From: Bdellovibrio sp.
Lineage (GTDB): Bacteria > Bdellovibrionota > Bdellovibrionia > Bdellovibrionales > Bdellovibrionaceae
Assembly: GCA_046318155.1 (NCBI GenBank)
Contig: JBKCUU010000043.1
Span: 1 to 18,722, forward strand
Direction: 5' to 3'
DNA length: 18,722 nt
Below, one piece after another: positions 16,834 to 18,722 of this stretch (the stretch's first letter is position 1; each line of letters opens with the position of its first letter). A model generated the notes under the pieces. That model made no database searches. It saw only the letters and a program-made list of their open reading frames with translations, and was not told where the DNA came from. Made by a program: the position numbers and the translations under genes.

Positions 16834-18150
16834 TTATCGCAAGTTCCATTTTTTCTTAGCGAGAGTCATGGCCTTAACAGCCGTCGCTGTCGTGTAGGCA
16901 TCTGATCGCCAAACAACAGGAAAGCGAGCGATGAAAATCGCGGCGTAAAAGACCTCACCTTGCCAATACACGCGACCTTTTGAGTCGCGTGTGCTTTGAG
17001 CCACTAAGAAGTTCAGGCCTCTTTGGGCCGCCAAACGGTGCGCGGGATTTTGAGCATCACCCAAGAGTAAGAGCGTGTTTAAGGCCCAAGCCGTCGACTG
17101 AACGTAATCGGGGCGGGCTTTCCAATGATTTTTCCAAGAGCCGTCTTCTCTTTGGCGCGCTAATATTTGGTCGACGACTAGATTTTGAGATGGCTTTAGG
17201 CAGCTCACACCAAGCTTGATCGCACTCGCCATTGCATAAGGGAGAGCATAGCGGCTGGGGTAGTACATTCCGCAGCGGTAGTAAGCATCGCGTGCTGCGA
17301 CGTCGTTGAGGTAATTGCAGCTGTCGGCATAGCCGGGTGTGTTTGTCCGATTGGTTGCCGTGAGCATTTTTAGAACGTTGGCATTGACGACGCAATCCAC
17401 GTCATTCTTGTTAAAGGGAATTCGGGTCCCTTGATCGGGGCTTGCAAAATAGTACCGAGGCATCTCGGGATTTTTTTCGTCGTACAGCCAGGTGAGGAAC
17501 GCGCCCGTGTTGCCGTTGCCGTGCATGGCATTGTAGATGTGCGGATTGCGACCAAGATCCCGTGCCGCCGTGTATTCTTCTGCTGTCTCATGGGGAATAT
17601 CAAAGCCAGAACGCAATGGCGAAGTTCCTAAATCGATGGCGCGGTCATAGGCCAATAAAAGATAAGCCACAGAAGTTGTGTCCGCATCCGGAGGCGTATT
17701 GGTAAAGCCATACCACCTTGGTTTTAGATGCATGAACCTGGGGCCACGAACTTGATGGCCCTGAAAATCTTTAGCTGGATAGAAATGAAAAACCGAATCG
17801 GTGCGGTAGTTGCTGAACCCCGCTTTGGTCTTTTTAATCATAGCAGGAATCGACGTGTAGCTTGAATCAACTTGATAAATTTCAGCCAAAATTCCCGAGA
17901 TTGAAGCCGCACCAAAAGCCGTGGGCTCATCATAAGGGACGTTGTATCTTCCAACGCCGATGACGGACGGAATTGTCGAGGTCACCTTTGTTGGCCACTG
18001 ACCTCGCTCATAAGCAGCCTCGTTTCCGCTTGTTTGATGAGCTTGCAAATAGGAGAGCGCACTTTGAATTTTGGCTTCGAGCGGAGAGGCGGCTGATGCC
18101 GTTTGTGCGGTGACGAGTCCAATCAGGGCGAAGAGCCTAAAAGGGTGCAT
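16834..18150 (-). CDS. Exported prenyltransferase/squalene-cyclase-repeat protein; class II terpene cyclase beta-domain-like with DxDTT motif
   Basis: Start moved to ATG 18150 (SD AGGAG 5 nt upstream), 438 aa; signal peptide MHPFRLFALIGLVTAQTASA; QW-like repeats (ALSYLQAHQ...GQW, ILARQREDGSW, GLNFLVAQ...VYW); PPDADTTS; DCVVNANVL; YTTATAVKAM. Confidence 0.7.
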   Translation of the reverse strand: MHPFRLFALIGLVTAQTASAASPLEAKIQSALSYLQAHQTSGNEAAYERGQWPTKVTSTIPSVIGVGRYNVPYDEPTAFGAASISGILAEIYQVDSSYTSIPAMIKKTKAGFSNYRTDSVFHFYPAKDFQGHQVRGPRFMHLKPRWYGFTNTPPDADTTSVAYLLLAYDRAIDLGTSPLRSGFDIPHETAEEYTAARDLGRNPHIYNAMHGNGNTGAFLTWLYDEKNPEMPRYYFASPDQGTRIPFNKNDVDCVVNANVLKMLTATNRTNTPGYADSCNYLNDVAARDAYYRCGMYYPSRYALPYAMASAIKLGVSCLKPSQNLVVDQILARQREDGSWKNHWKARPDYVQSTAWALNTLLLLGDAQNPAHRLAAQRGLNFLVAQSTRDSKGRVYWQGEVFYAAIFIARFPVVWRSDAYTTATAVKAMTLAKKKWNLR

Positions 18151-18353
18151 GTAGACTCCTGTGAAAGGGGCTGAGGCGTGGTTATAGTGCACTGCGCCTG
18201 GCGGCGCCAGGTGAGCCTGTAAAGATGACAAAAAGAGGTGTGACAACTTTTGACAGTCGTAGTTCTTTTTCATGAAAGACCAAAAAAAAATGAGTGCAGC
18301 ATGGGGCGTGGTATTTCGTACCCCTGAAATTTAAACGTTTGCATGGAGTGGGT

Positions 18354-18722
18354 ATGACAAATTTAAAAACTGTTTTGGTTCTGTCCTCTTTGGCGCTCGC
18401 GCTTTCGGCGTGCTCATCAGACAGTGGCAGCGGTAAACCGCAGCCAATCCGGACCTGTAGCAATACGGAACTCGCTGCCTTTAGCGACGTGTTTGAGGCC
18501 GGTAACAATCGAGCTCAATTGCGCCGCGCTTGTTCGAGCTACTTTCGATTGAACTCTGACATGTCGAGCTGCGCGGCCGTGACGAATCAAACAGTTCGTA
18601 CAAATTCGGGCGTTTACCATGCTGGAGAAACCGTTTCTTTGAGCCCCGAAAAACTTCAGGAAGTTTGTAATCAGGTCGGTGGCCAAAATGGCGGCCGTGG
18701 TCCTGAGCTCCCTCACGAAGAC
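18354..18722 (+). CDS. Putative lipoprotein (partial, runs off the window end)
   Basis: Absent from the ORF track because it has no stop. ATG 18354 after GGAG; MTNLKTVLVLSSLALALSA-C20-SSDSGSG has lipobox LSAC; open for 123 codons with four further Cys. Confidence 0.8.
   Translation, partial: MTNLKTVLVLSSLALALSACSSDSGSGKPQPIRTCSNTELAAFSDVFEAGNNRAQLRRACSSYFRLNSDMSSCAAVTNQTVRTNSGVYHAGETVSLSPEKLQEVCNQVGGQNGGRGPELPHED

Noticed and set aside
18151..18273. 41-aa N-terminal extension of the 479-aa minus-strand ORF
   Set aside because: ATG 18150 has a well-spaced AGGAG and directly begins a signal peptide; the extension covers the likely promoter region
18182..18716. Minus-strand ORFs 18182-18508 and 18417-18716
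   Set aside because: They overlap the better-supported plus-strand lipoprotein ORF, which has an SD and lipobox
14398..18722. The accessory genes as one coherent novel operon or defence system
   Set aside because: Orientations alternate, terminator and promoter candidates separate them, and no nuclease, ATPase, RT or other defence motifs are visible; functional linkage is unsupported from this window alone

Overview
Bases 253-14224 are a compact, intact S10-spc-alpha ribosomal-protein supercluster on the + strand: rpsJ-rplC-rplD-rplW-rplB-rpsS-rplV-rpsC-rplP-rpmC-rpsQ-rplN-rplE-rpsN-rpsH-rplF-rplR-rpsE-rpmD-rplO-secY-adk-rpmJ-rpsM-rpsK-rpsD-rpoA-rplQ, closed by a clear intrinsic terminator. 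From recalled sequence features (not a search), the proteins look deltaproteobacterial-type, most like Bdellovibrionota. Departures from the usual layout: no rplX (uL24) between rplN and rplE, no map/infA after adk, a long Zn-independent uS14, a terminator-like hairpin over the rpsJ stop codon, and structured leaders before rpsJ and rpmJ. The accessory 4.5 kb that follows holds a TlpA/ResA-type thiol-disulfide oxidoreductase, an IS66 transposase remnant, two hypothetical proteins (one with an RGG-rich tail), an exported single-domain class II terpene-cyclase-like protein with a DxDTT motif, and a divergent Cys-containing lipoprotein that runs off the window. I see no tRNA, rRNA or CRISPR array. 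The best candidates for something new are the exported cyclase-like protein and the putative RNA regulatory elements of the ribosomal cluster; no complete multi-gene novel system can be shown from this window.
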